64,000 bases of DNA from Enoplolaimus lenunculus (taxonomy: Eukaryota), in assembly GCA_030248215.1 (NCBI GenBank), contig JASANG010002214.1:124001-188000 (forward strand), read 5' to 3'. The translations under genes and the position numbers were made by a program. The first letter of the stretch is position 1; every line of letters starts with the position of its first letter. Under the pieces are notes generated by a model, which saw nothing but the letters and a program-made list of their open reading frames with translations, was not told the DNA's origin and searched no databases. Positions 13,201 to 26,141 of the stretch are shown here, one piece after another.

Positions 13201-16200
13201 ATCAGCTTTGTGTAAGAGTCATTTCGTAATAAAGCCTAATTCATACGTGCAAGTTTTTGCACCGACAACTTGCAGTTGTAATTTGCACACGCAAGTCTTT
13301 GACACAAACAAATTTCCAGCTGCAACTTGCACGTATCCGTTTTTTGCAGTAAGAACTTGCATCTGAAACTCGCTGTTGCTAATTTTGCTCGAAAAGCCAC
13401 TGTGAAACTGGCAACTGCAAGTTGCATCTTCAAGCTCTCACTACAAATACTTGCACGTGTGAATGGTGCTTAATATTATAGCCCCAATCTGTCTTCATAT
13501 ATTCAATGTTAACTCAAATTATCCTGTTTGCGTCGTCAGATAGGAATTTAAGAATACCTATACTACCATCATAAGGGTCGACTAAAAATCTTTTACATAA
13601 TTTGAGTTGATTTTAGTTCTTCGTTTCTTCCAAGACCTTTTCGCATTTGTTTCCAGAACTTCCGATAGGTCAGATATAATAATGTTTGAGTTAACAACGT
13701 GATAAAATTTTGACACATTACATAACGGGATGGGCACCCGTGTATAGAACGGGACCGGATCACTTTCGTGTGGGGCTGTAATAGGGTCATTTTAATCTTT
13801 AGAATAACTTTTTTGCTTAGGCTTAGGCTTAGGCTTAGGCTTAGGCTTAGAAATATGCTTATACTATTGTTTTGGCCATGTTCTATACATGAGCCACGAT
13901 ATGTGTATATATCAAATTCTGACGATCAAATTCTTGTGGGTTGTTACACGTTCATTGACTTTCCCCTACTTTTCAATTTAGCATCACCAAGCTAAAATAT
14001 AGCGGTTATTTTTTTTAAAAAAACTTACATAGAAAACCTTTAAAACAATAAAATGATTTAAGCAGTAAAACACGACTTCGAACAAACTCATAATCAAATA
14101 CTGAATCGGTGACAGTTTGCCAAGTACGGCACCCATGCTAATCAATACAGCGACAGCACAAAATTCACTTTGGATCATTCTAAAATTTATCATTTAAATA
14201 GTAAAATTTCACGGTTTTGCAATTATTTTTCTGTGTCACGGGACGCCGGAACCGTTTGGCCAAAATAGGCCACAAATCAAAGTATAATTTAGATGGTCGT
14301 CCGGTGATGTGCGGCAAGTATACTGCAAGTTTCATGGTTTCGTTGTTTACATGTCTTGAAATATATTTTCAATAATATATATACTACACAGCATTACAGC
14401 GGTATATATTGTTTTAGGGTGATTGCTTACATACTCCCAGGGTCGTATTTTGCACACACCCTAAACTCCCCGGTGTGCAGGCGGCCTAAAAAGGGCACGG
14501 TATTCGAAAGCGAAATCAATTTTAAAAGCACAACTGGAACCGGTAATAGACTCATGAGCCAACGAAATGAACTGATGTATTTTTAATCTACGGCATGTGC
14601 GTATCTAAAGGGTAAGTACCTGGGAATTTGATCCCAAACCATATCCGACCAAATTAAAGTTTTATTTTGAAATTTATTATTAAAGTTGCGTCTGGCTTCT
14701 TGCTCGCTTCGTTTACGTATATTCAAGCTGTTAAATAATTGTGTCGTGGTAAATTTAAAGTTTTATAGCCTCGCCAATGTTTTTATAACAATGATAGTTA
14801 CAGCTAATGCGGTCAGTTTTGATAGCTTACGTAACATTTGTTAACGCCGACTCTTAAGTGTAAATCTAAGCTTAAGCCTAAAACTGTATCGATCTATTGA
14901 AAAAGCGTTCAAGCCTTCTCTCTTACGGTCGTGCGAGAAAACGGTATGCCCCTAAAAGTAACATCGGCCATAGTTGCAATATTCGAATATAAAATTAATT
15001 TTTGCAATTGCTTGCTATATGCACTCAGGTGCGTAGAAATCAAACGCATATAAGCTGGATATTGAAGTTTTAGGAGCACGACTTGACACTTGAGCCGGGT
15101 AAAAGAATTTTGTTCAGGAAGTTTTAAACTTTTTTGGATCAAATGTTAATGGCAAAAATAATTTAAATATTTATGAAACAAATGTGTTTCGGCAAACAGA
15201 AACGGCCAAAATGGTATTTGTAATAGTTCGATTCGTGTTTATTTTTTGATGCCGATATGGGTTACTTTTCAGCAGCGCCACTGACATTTCGGGTATATAC
15301 CAGTTCAGAACTTTTTAAACAAAATGACACGTGTTCGCATATATAAGCATAAATTAACATTCCTAGTTTTCTTAATGCTAGTTTTATGCATTGAATACTA
15401 ATTCTGGCTTTGAACCACGCGTTTCCAAACGGGATTATCTTAGTAGTCATGATAAATTTAAGCTGTGGTTTTCAAAAGCCTTAATTTAGGACAGTAAAAA
15501 GACTACTGAAATTTATGTTTTAGGCTTTTGGCGTATCAAAACTGAGTTGAAGCTTTTGAAGTTCCGAAACATGCTTATATTTTTTGGGAAATCAATTTAC
15601 TTTATTTAAGCGATACAATTTTTAGGTTTAAAGATTTTTGTTAATGCGGGGTATGTTTTTTTAAGCATAATAGGTTATTCATTAACGAGAAAGCGGCTTG
15701 CGGTTCTGCAATAGAGTAAGCTTAACGTATTTACACTATTTTTACTAATACATTAGGCTTTAACGTAATTTTAAGATTATTTTTTTAAGCCGGAACTTTA
15801 GGATATGCTTATGTTGTATACGCAACTAAAATTAACAGTAACATTGGCCAGTTTGGACTAAAAGCGTCCGTACTACACTCACGTTGGCAGTTCAATTCCA
15901 AACTTTTCCAGTCGTCCATGCGGTGTTATCATTCCAAAGAATCCGTCAAACAAAGTATGCCACTGTATTGCAAACGCAGCGAGTAGCAGTGTCATTGACA
16001 CTGCTGCGTACGCGTATCGTTTCAAGAATGTCATCAAAAACGCAAATCCAATAAACACCATTACATGGATGTCTTGAAAAACTGAAATCCATAATTGATG
16101 TTACATCGTTACTTTGTCAGCTTAAAATTATTGATTAGATCGAGATATACGTCAAAAAGCGCACTGGCTTAACGTTTAAGATTCATTTACTTTGCTGTAG

Positions 16201-19200
16201 GTTTACAATTTACAGAAACCTCCTAACAGGGCGTATACTTGCGAGACCGGGCTGATATATTACCCTTGGGAATTTTTGAAGAGCCAAAAATACGCACTGT
16301 TGCAGACTTCACATTTATCCGGCATTATATTATACTTACCGGTAAAAAACTTGTTATCGCTCGCTGCGATTAGTGACCCGAATAAAACGGGTAATAAAAG
16401 GGGGTCTCCATTTTGAGTCCCAATCAATAGTAGTTCGTATTCTAATAGCAGTCCGTAAGCGGATAGAGTCCCCAAACCATAATTAGAGTCCATAAATGTC
16501 AATAATCCCAATTTGAAGCGCATAAATGACTCTAGCATCAAATACAGTTGAGTTCGAAACACTAAAGCACACTTAGTTTTGAAAGTACACTAATAAGTAA
16601 AACCTTGCTTTATCGCTCAAGGTTTTGATAAAATAAATATAAGTCCCCCTCTTATTCGGGTCACTACAGTATAGTCTAAAAATTCATTTGCGTAGCACTA
16701 TATTCTTCCAAAATGAAAAAAAATATGTTGGTTATTAATACCTTTCGAACTCTGTAAACACAATGGTCTAAACTTAAGTCAACCTGCTACTCAACTGTTT
16801 GAAACACACTGAGTATTAAATTAGCGTGTTCTTTATTTGAAGTCACGCGTATTTTGACCACATAATGTCAAAGATAACGTTCTGAATATTTAATTTCAAA
16901 AATACAGTTTCAGTTTTGGCAAAGTTGTCCGAAAATTACGTTCGCATGGATCAAAATTAACTATCACTTTTATTTGGTTAGTAACATAATGTATACTGGT
17001 CGCTATAGTTGCAAACCTACTTAAAAATGTGCTGGGGTTTCAAATGCGTTCACAATATATATACCGTGTCAAAGAACGCATTCGTTAACCAATTTACGCT
17101 TTACGCTTACACAATTAGACTACCTGTAATTTTACATACGTAATAATTTTTTGCAGAACGATCTGCATATTGCTATAACTGAACCAATGTTCTGTACCGC
17201 TGCCTAAAATACGTATGTGGGTCGTTCCAGCTTTATAGATATAACCCATAACAAACTTTAGGCCCGTATGAAATTCTGAGTCAAGCAGTACCATATAGAG
17301 TTTTTCACGAAAATTTTGCTGCTGAAATTGACCATACTAAATGCTTTATGCTCGCCGCAATTAATACGTATTTCAAGACAAAATTTGAAATTGAAAATAG
17401 TAAACTTGTCATCGGCGTTGTCCGGTTTATAATTTTATTAAAAACAATTGTTTATAATGCGTTCAAACTTGAAAACTTTACTCGGATATGATCGTCTGAC
17501 TGTGTTGTCGGGCGGTTTGGCAAAAAGTTCAAATTCAATTTTTGTGTCATTTTCCAGTGTTCGAATTCGTTTCTGAAATTAAAACACAACATAACCGAAA
17601 TTGAAATTTAATTGACATCTTTGATTCGTGGCGCAAATATGGGTGCTTACATATAAGCCATACAAAATGATAAACTTGTCAATGACTTTTAATTTGAATA
17701 AAACTAATTCAGAAAACTAAACCGTTTTCTTGGAACTGTTAGCAGTCAGGTCAATGTAAAGAACATAAGCGGAACAGTATTATAAGCATTTTCCCAAGCC
17801 TAAAGCCTACGCCTAAGCCTAAGCGTAAGAATGAGCATATTCCTAAGCCTAAGCCAAAGCCTAGCCATGCATAAAAAGTATCTAAAGCTTAAGCTTTACT
17901 CGATTGCAGTTCCACAGAAAAACATTCCGCCCCTGATATTGGCCGGAGTGATCTTTACATTGGCCGGTGTCAGGATCGAATCACTTATAATGATTATTTA
18001 TAGTTTATTTATAGTTTTCAGTTAAAATTTTGCAGTTTTACAATTTTAGTAATTTTGAATTCCTGCAGCGTGTGAACCATTCGCATTTTAGCTGAAGCCA
18101 TTTTAGGTAAAATTTCTAACGATTGTGTTCAGTTAACAGCAGTCGTGGTTTTCGAAACCAAATTTTGGCATGTGTAAAGATTACGGGTGGAACGTTGTTC
18201 TGCAGGATTGCCATTGAGTAAGCTTGAGACTGATTTTTTTGCTTAGGCTTAGGTTTATATTTAGGTACAAGCGCATTCTTGCGCAAGGAGTTAGGCTTAA
18301 GCTTAGGCTTAGGCTTTAGGAATATGCATATGCTACTGTTACGGACCTGTTCTACATAGAGGCCAAAATGTCAATTTATGTGAATGTACCTAGAACCTGT
18401 AGGCATTTAATATGCTTATGCTTGATGATAAAGGTAATTAGAGAGGCAGGCAACTGTAGGTGTATTATCACTGCGGCTTTGACCTGAAATGCCACGCTTA
18501 GGTGGATATTTGCCTGTAGGTCTGGTACACGTTATTTTAGGAAATTTGGCTACAATTATACTCACAAAGGAAAGAACTGCGCTTACAGAAATAAAGCATA
18601 AACAGCTAACCATCTGCGTTATGAATCATTTGCCGAATTATACAGTCAGAAGTTCTTAGTAGTCATACCATAAGGTCTTACACCTGCGTTTGGTTCAGGG
18701 TTGTTGGCCGGAAAAATTGCCGGATAAAATGGTTTTTCCAATGTTTTCCATTGTTTTCTAGAGGGTGGAAAAATGGAAAAATGGAACAAAAATTAAACGT
18801 TCGTTAAATATAACTTGCAACTAAATATGATATAAAATAGCGTTGATTAGATGGTATTCAACCAATTCACATGCGGACCAGTATTACGGCTGCACCATGC
18901 CTGCAATGGTAATGTGCTTCCTGTTTTTAAATTCTTTCTTTTAACAACAATGAACTTCTTAGCACACCTGCGGATATTATTTTCTACTGAGTTACATTAG
19001 GAATACTAACCGGAACAATTCATTCAGTCAAAGAAGGAATTTTTTCCATTTTTTTCCATTATTTTCCGGAACAAAAGAAAAATTCATTTTTTTCCCGTCA
19101 TCTTTTTTCCGGAAACAACAACCCGGGTTTCATTATATTGAGCTTACCAACATATGAGGCATATTTGAGTCAGATATTAATTGATAACTTTTGTTGCTTC

Positions 19201-20344
19201 TAAGTTTCACCTAAAATAAACGTTGCGCGATACATACTGATTGGATGCTGAAAAAATATTGTTTCGAGACAGTTTACAGGATTAATTAAACCTATTGTTC
19301 ACGAGTATTTTACGGAGATTGAAAATTAACGGGGAGAATGCACCCTCCCAATCTACATTTAGCTACTGTGAGGTCAAACGTTTCTTTGTCATGGATAAAA
19401 AGTGGAGCTTTAATCCTACCAGTAAATCTAAGCCTAAGCCTTAGCTGAGCAAACGCCTAAGGCCTGTGGCTCTGTTTTGGGCAATTTTTATTATATAAGG
19501 TCTCGCCCGGGCTTGTACCTAAAAGAGTGTTGCTAGGCAGGCCACTGCTACCGTAGGAAAAATGTTTTTCCGTCTGATCAAGATTTTATACTCCCGTCTT
19601 AAGTCGTGTGAAAGCCACGCTTGGACGCAATTAATTTTTTTTGTCCTTGGCCCATATTTTCAAATGTGCATAACAAAATAGGTTTTCAAATTTGCTAACT
19701 ATCGCAGTTGCGGAACTCCAATTAGATAGAAGAGTAGAACAAATGAAACGCAAAAAATGTACCAAACTTTGAGCCCCAGCACTCACTGCACTGTAATTTT
19801 CAGTGAATTGATATTAACTCAGAATGAGTTGAATGGTTCAGTCTGAGTTAGGACTATCCGAACTCAGAATTTTGAGTTGATTCAATTCATTCTGAAGTTA
19901 CTTAATCAACTCACCCCGAGTCAATTCAACTCAGAGTGAGAATCAACTCAACTCACAGTGAGTTAATGTTTACTGATATTGATTCAGACATAACCAACTC
20001 TGATTGCTGAATCGATTAATCAACTCATTAGAATTTAGAGTGTGGTTGTTACAAGACCTATTACCAACATGGTGATAGGTGCGACACACATTTGAAAATA
20101 CGAGTCCTTGCGGGTTTTTGCTGAGTTGGCTGGCTGTTACAGGATAAATTTAGCCAAAAGTAAACAAACTTACATAATTTCGTTCCGGCGAAGGCGGTTT
20201 TGCTAAATTTCCGTATTCCGCGAAACCGGTGAACAGAAATACGAACAAAATTTGCGCACAAACAATAAATATCACCGATTTATGTTTGATCATTTTTTCT
20301 TTGAACGACTGGTCGAAACCGATATCTGTCCGTTCGGGTGCCAT
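7233..20344 (-). CDS. Rh-type (Amt/Rh family) ammonium transporter, 10 exons; rhr-1/rhr-2-like
   Basis: Phase-compatible GT-AG exons: 20344-20174, 17572-17482, 16081-15883, 14179-14029, 13141-12997, 12135-11969, 10731-10597, 9709-9573, 8835-8687, 7408-7233. Rh motifs: [89 protein letters not shown]. Confidence 0.95.
7907..8619. mobile_element. GGG..CCC-terminated non-autonomous element with 8-bp TSD and a nested repeat (about 8378-8590)
   Basis: TIR GGGTCTTGTCGGTTATCTGCCCCAGCCC/GGGCTGGGGGATAACCGAAACGACCC; TSD GCAGGTAT/GCAGATAT. Related fragments at about 6675-6870 and 32330-32621. Confidence 0.75.
9232..9435 (+). mobile_element. TTAGGC-carrying MITE (family A), intact
   Basis: GGCCCATGTAAAGATCAGGGGCGG ... 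CCGCCCCTGTTCTTTACATTGGCC; perfect TSD AAATGTTT. Confidence 0.9.
9750..10055 (+). mobile_element. Diverged TTAGGC MITE with its left end tandemly duplicated
   Basis: About 97-bp duplication of flank plus left TIR; TSD AACAGTTG around the second copy. Confidence 0.7.
10936..11184. mobile_element. About 250-bp AT-rich interspersed repeat (CACACAAAAAAGTA..TATTATTTTGAGTG)
   Basis: Closely similar copies at 24472-24720 and, inverted, at about 8378-8590. Confidence 0.7.
12300..12460 (-). mobile_element. TTAGGC-carrying MITE (family A)
   Basis: Both TIRs present; perfect TSD CACATGTT. Confidence 0.9.
12626..12798. mobile_element. hAT-like MITE (CAGGGCCGGAGC..GCTCCGGCACTG)
   Basis: TSD TGATTTTC/TGGTTTTC. 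Sister copy at 37245-37447. Confidence 0.75.
13731..13894 (+). mobile_element. TTAGGC-carrying MITE (family B, TATAGAAC-type TIR)
   Basis: GTATAGAACGGGACCGGATC ... GTTCTATACATGAGCC with about five TTAGGC units. Confidence 0.7.
17748..17965 (-). mobile_element. TTAGGC-carrying MITE (family A)
   Basis: Inverted copy with (GCCTAA)n and both TIR remnants. Confidence 0.75.
18167..18364 (+). mobile_element. TTAGGC-carrying MITE, diverged
   Basis: Degenerate TIRs and the same internal layout. Confidence 0.65.
19789..20043. mobile_element. AACTCA/TGAGTT-rich foldback MITE
   Basis: Homologous copies at about 21540-21795, 41130-41366 and 46755-46990. Confidence 0.7.
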
Positions 20345-20444
20345 TTTAATAAACTTCGGTTTGAACCAAAAATCAATTCAGATATTTGTAATTGTAAAAT
20401 TTAACTCTGTAAAAGCAGAAACGGTATCAAGTGAGTGAGGGACT

Positions 20445-20716
20445 AAGGGTTGCACTATACTCGACGTTCGCCGCCGTCTGTCGCCGTGTGTCACCCGTAC
20501 GGTGCCGTCCGTCACCGTGTGTCACCGTGTGTCATCCGTACGGCGCCGTCCGTCACTGTTCGTAGCATACGTTATCGTACGTGAGTTATTTGCGTACGAT
20601 ACCGCACGGTGACGGGCGGCGCTGTACGGGTGACGCACGGTGACTAACGACGCTGTACGAGTGACGCACGGTCACGGACGGTGCCGGACGTCAATAAATG
20701 TTTAGCGCAACCCTTA
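20445..20716. mobile_element. GC-rich foldback MITE just upstream of the Rh start codon
   Basis: TAAGGGTTGCACTA ... TAGCGCAACCCTTA termini with inverted CCGTCACCGTG/CACGGTGACGG subrepeats. Related fragment at about 11238-11312. Confidence 0.7.
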
Positions 20717-23588
20717 TCCTAAAGTGAATCCGATAGGGTGATGAAAATCAATAAATTGTGGCATTTTTTGCGATAAATTCTATTTTCTTCACCAACGTTG
20801 TAGCAGGCGAAAAGACAGACCTAACTTTAGGATATTATTACTGCTAAAATTCTGTATATATTTTGAAATTTTGTGAGGTGGGTAAACTGTTTCCTGATTT
20901 GCAGGTTACGCGACACTGCGCATGACACTGTATTAATGATATTGGTTAAATAATATGTATGTATATATACATTTAATACGACGTGTGCTTAACCAGCATT
21001 TTTAAAGTAGCCAGACGCTTAGCCTCTTCAATGGAAAATTTGGCCTTTATTGAAGTTATTTTCCGCTCCCACCATGACAATATCCCGGCGCACCGGGGCC
21101 TGTACAGGAAATCAGTGTTGTTATATTAAGTTGCATATAATTTTGTCATTATTAAGCAATATTTATCTAAGTATATTAGACAATAGCATGTTTTAGCAGT
21201 ATTTCTTAAAAATAGGTGTTTAAACACAAAGTACTGGAGAAAGAATTTGGCCAAAAAATTCATCAGTTAAACAACAACAGCAATGTATTTTGTCTGCATA
21301 CACCTTTTTCTCAAAAATAATAGTCGGTGTAATCGCATTGCTTCAAACTGTTTTGCAGCAATAATTTTTTAATTGCACAATTTCCGACTTAATATTTACC
21401 TAAAAACACCGTCACATGCAGTGTAAAACAGAAAGTATGCACGCATAACCAAAAACGCAACAGTAAAAATTGCAAATTGTAGTTGGTTATGACTTTAGTG
21501 CAATTGAGCTGCCAGCGTATCGGATTGAGTTGTTCATGTGTCCTGTAAACTCCAGTGAGTTGATTCTAACTCAGAAAGAGTTGGATCCACTCAGAAGCCT
21601 GAACTCTGAATTAGGTCTTTCAGAACTTAGAATTCTGAATTGATTGAAGTCATTCTAAGTTATAATTAATCAAGTACACCCGGAATTAAATCCGCTCAGA
21701 GGGAGTTAACGTTTACTGTTATTAACTCAGGAATAACCAGAAATAACAAATTCTCTCTCTGAGTTGATTATTCGACGCGCTGGAATTTACAGTGTGGTGT
21801 CCAGTGGACAAAATTCTAAATTAAAGCTGCTGTAGTTGTAAATTAAAAATGGATTAAGGAATGTAACGGTTCGGAAGTTTTAAAGCCAGTACTTTTTAAG
21901 TGACAGTAGTTAAACCCTACATTTTGTCCCTATATGCGAATTTTACTCAGACCGAGCTACTATCTATATACCGCTTGAAAGATACGTTCTGCGCATAGGT
22001 ACTATATTTGGTTTATTGGCCAGGATCGGGCATGTAGCCAGCTCACCTTGCCGATGGGGGGGGGCTAAAAGTTTTTCAGAGGGGCATACAAGGGTTTTGA
22101 ATGACTTTTACAAGCAAGGTTGAAAATTTTCTAGGGGGGGCAAAAATTCTTCCAGGGGCGCTGAGCAGCCCTGGTCCCTTTTGGCCATGGGCCCAGTCAG
22201 GAAATTAAGATGACGGTATTGACTTTTGAAGAACGTCGAAAAAACTTGACGTCTCCTGATGAATCGTATAAGTACTTAGCTTCGGTTTAAATTATCAGTC
22301 ACGGCACTAATTTAACCATATGGGCAAAACGGCTAACCATAGCACCAATAGTCAGAGTGGCCAGTCACTGTAGCAACGGCGCCTGATTGGTTACTCGGAA
22401 CGAACTGAATACCTGTGCTGTATCGTGATTGGTTACTCGGAACGAACTGAATACCTGAGCTGTATCGTGATTGGTCGTAAACTGGAACAGCACGCATTGC
22501 ATTGAATACTGGAAATCACCTAAACAAATCAAGAGTTTGGTCCAGGCCCGTAGCCGGTGCATCTTGCTAGAAGGCCTAAAGAATTTTCAGGCGGGGCATT
22601 CAAGGGTTTTCATTTAGTTACAAGCAAGATGAAAATTTCCTATGTGGGCCAAAATTTTTCCCCCTGGCCCCCTCTTGGCTAGGGCACGATTTGATCACCA
22701 TATTGGTGTTCCAGCAAACTTAAGTTCTTTAGCTGTAAACCAATAAAATGAGCGTTTGGTAAAGGAAAAATCGGCTTAAATGAAATTACGGCTGCATCCC
22801 TGGAAATTGTTCGCCGAACAGTTTGAAATATGTAGAACAGGGAAGCTAGACGCATTAAGAATATAGTTTTAAATCAGTACCGAAAATTTTAGTTTAGAAA
22901 GTTGGCCATGGTGAAATTTTTATCAGAGTAACAAGGCTACTTTCTAAAAGCTTAAACTAACTTGATTTCAGATTAAGCTAATCCAGTAGTATTAAAGTAA
23001 CTTTATAGATAAACTAAAACTAACTGGTAGGTCACGCTTAAACCAATTTAACATGCTACATATTTTTAGTTTAAGCTAAGCTTAATGAACTCATAGATAC
23101 ACAAAATTTCTGGGCTAGATTTGTTCCTTAAGCCAAAAATAAGTTTAGTTAAACTCGTGTTAAGCTTAAAAACATATTTGTTCAAGTAAATCTTAAAATT
23201 GTAGTTTAGTTAGTCCGTCCAGCCATTTGAGTTTTACTTAAAATAATATGCAACTTTAGTTAAGCTATAATTTAAGTTTAAGTTTATAGAAAGTGGAAGC
23301 CCGAACAGAGACGGCGTAGTGATGGAAGACGCAATTCCTTTCGTTGTTATCATTTACCGCTTCCATTTCAATCTCCAAATCGACTTCTATTGTTGTGTAT
23401 ATTTTTGGATAGAAACATGGAAAAACTTTTCCTTTTTATGCCGGATGGTTGACTTGCGACAGCGTTACTCCACTTAGCAGATTTGTTCTAAAATACTCTG
23501 TACCAAGTTACGTTAGTTATAAATCAGTGTCACGGGTTAGTACAGCCATTTATTGTTTTACGCTTAATGTATTCTGGTTTACAATCAT

Positions 23589-23796
23589 GGCCCATACAAA
23601 GATCAGGGGCGGAATGTTTTTCTGTGGGACTAGGAAAGAGTAAGCTTAAACTTTAGACCGATTTTTCGCTTGGCTTAGGCTTAGACTAATAGATTTAGGC
23701 CTAGGAATATGCTCATTTTTATGCTTAGGCTTAGGTTAAGCTTAGGTTTAGGACTATGCTTATAATACTGTTCCGCCTCTGTTCTTTACATTGGCG
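23589..23796 (+). mobile_element. TTAGGC-carrying MITE (family A)
   Basis: TIRs present; TSD ACAATCAT/ACAATCGT. Confidence 0.85.
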
Positions 23797-25022
23797 ACAA
23801 TCGTTAACGTTTTAGCGTGGTACAATAACGTGTCGATGGCGTTATACGCTATGGTTAAAGCTTTTTTAAGCCGTGATAACTGGCAATGGCACGTGTGCAT
23901 AATGCAGCGTTCCCTTTCTGTGTTGAATGTTCATTAATTGCCGGTATATTTTATAGCAACAAAAGTTGTAATCGAAACAGGAAGTGAATTACTAAATTTA
24001 GCAATTAACCAATGAACAAGGTAGATTATCTCGACATAAATTGGTTGTAAACTCGATCGTTTCTTCAACGACGATTGGCTAAAAACTCAAGAGATGTTTT
24101 GTACGTTTGAAACAAAAATCTCTGTGATAAAATTGTTTCAAACAACACAACACTTGAAAAACTCGTATAGTCATTTTATGGAACAAATTGCAAAGAACGC
24201 AAAAATTAGCTATACTTGTTGCTGAGCTGGAACCTAAAAATTAATTGCATGTCCGAGTTACAAATCAGACATTTGCTCCAACTGGGCCAAGAAGATGTAA
24301 ATTCAAAGTGTATGATCCCAGCGGCCAAAAAATTTCTCAAAAATTTGCTGCGGTTTTATAGCAATATGAAAGTTTAAAAGTATGAAAATTCTGAGCGAAT
24401 AATGTTGAAAGATCCCGTTCAAAATGTCAATGTTGATGTTTTCAAAACAACTCTGCTCCGACTGCATCCTGCACACAAAAAAGTATTTTTGAATTTATTC
24501 AGAAAAGTGTTTTCGGTGTCAAATCTGAAACGTTTTTCTGATATTTAAAGACAATTTTTCTAAAAATAACCGGAAAACGGTGATTTTCAGATTTTATTTC
24601 AAAAGTTTTTTGAAAAGTTTTCTGTTATACGAGAAATATACCTTTCAAGTGCACCTTGCTAATTATGTTTGTTAAATGTGAGAAATGTTTTCTTAAACAT
24701 CAGAAATATTATTTTGAGTGTTGTGAATTATAAAAATTTGAAGTAGGAGTGAGGCCTACATGTTTAAAGATAACCCATGTGAAGTTAGTGCGGTGATAAC
24801 GTCGGCAGTGGCCTATCATCGCATCGCAACGGTTTTAAATTGTGTTTCCAAAATATTGACACAATGATTTTTGCGACAGATAATGAGTCAATGTTATTGA
24901 ATTTTTGAACGATCGGCAAAAGGATAGCGAACTTCAATATATTAATTTTGGAGTGCATTTTTTTGTTTTGCATTCTTATAGTTTAATGTTTAAGCGAAAA
25001 ATTTTCAGTTTACTATCTATAA

Positions 25023-25285
25023 CCCCTTCTCACATTGAGTTGCCTATAGGAAACTCAGTGCAGTGTATATACGTTAAATAATATATATCGCACCATGTTT
25101 AACAATTGCAACACGTATACATAGTACTAAATCACCACAAGACGTGAGAACCCCCTCGGGCTCGAGCGTCAAGCTCCTATAGCTGAGTGGTGATGGTATA
25201 CGCCTCCCACTCCAGTCACTGGGGTCCGAATCCTAGCATAAAAGTAGCGCTCAGGGAAAATAGAAAATATTCACGTGAGAAAGTG
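25023..25285 (+). mobile_element. piggyBac-like MITE containing a tRNA-like segment
   Basis: CCCCTTCTCACAT ... GTGAGAAAGTG|TTAA; A-box TAGCTGAGTGG (25180) and B-box GGGTCCGAATCC (25222). Confidence 0.75.
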
Positions 25286-25839
25286 TTAAACTCTACTTGT
25301 TTTTGGGAGTGAATCGCTTTTATGTTTTCTGTCTGCAAAACTGGCTGCGGTAGGTAATATGAAGCCGTTTTTTCTTGACCTTTTAATCGTCACGTAATCA
25401 TAAAATTATCAATGATTTGCCTTAGGTTTGACCTAAATCGCCTCGTTGCCGGCTTTGGCTGTTTTCGTAATGAAGGAATGCATATTGTAATATTTTGAAA
25501 ACTTTGTCACTCAATTTCATTTCAGATATCTGGCATATTATTTCGACTTTTTTCATATCCGGATATCCAGTATCCAACTAGAATATTAATTCACATGGTG
25601 AGAATGATCCATACGTCATCAATCAGGTTCACAATCCTATTAAATCTTTTCCCATTTGAATTTTATGGTAACAAAATTGACGTCTGTGGCGGTTCAAAAA
25701 TTATGTTTGTTGTAAGTTTCAGGCATTTCAAAACGGAAAATTCTTTATTGAATTATCTTTTCTGTGGTAGATTAATGAGTAAAATTACATGTGTGTTTTT
25801 TAACTGTGATACGTTCCGCAATCTTTGGTTCAATTTTTG

Positions 25840-26019
25840 GGCTCATGTAATGATCAGGGGCGGAACGTTTTTCTGTGGGACTAGAAAAGAGTAAGATTAA
25901 GCTTAAGACCAACTTTTTATGCTTGGCTTAGCTTAGACTTAGGCTTAGGAATTTGCTTATATTACCAATCCGCCACTGTTCTTTACATTGGTCAATTCGC
26001 CACTGTTTTTACATTGGCC
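25840..26019 (+). mobile_element. TTAGGC-carrying MITE with duplicated right TIR
   Basis: Perfect TSD AATTTTTG; the terminal 26-bp segment occurs twice. Confidence 0.85.
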
Positions 26020-26141
26020 AATTTTTGTAAGGATTTTAATTTTAAATTTTTGGAATTTGCATTGCCACAGCATTCAGTGCAAATTTTATTACCCGAATCA
26101 TTTTTTTGCCAATCCTATGGTTTTATTTATTCAAATTCCAC

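Noticed and set aside
7233..20344. Functionally altered Rh channel
   Set aside because: The twin His residues (IHVFG, NLHG) and the FWPSFN gate motif are conserved, so it looks ordinary.
22230..22290. Hammerhead ribozyme (CTGATGA near GAAA)
   Set aside because: The flanking stems do not pair convincingly.
25173..25240. Functional tRNA gene
   Set aside because: The acceptor and anticodon stems do not pair properly, and it is embedded in a multi-copy MITE.
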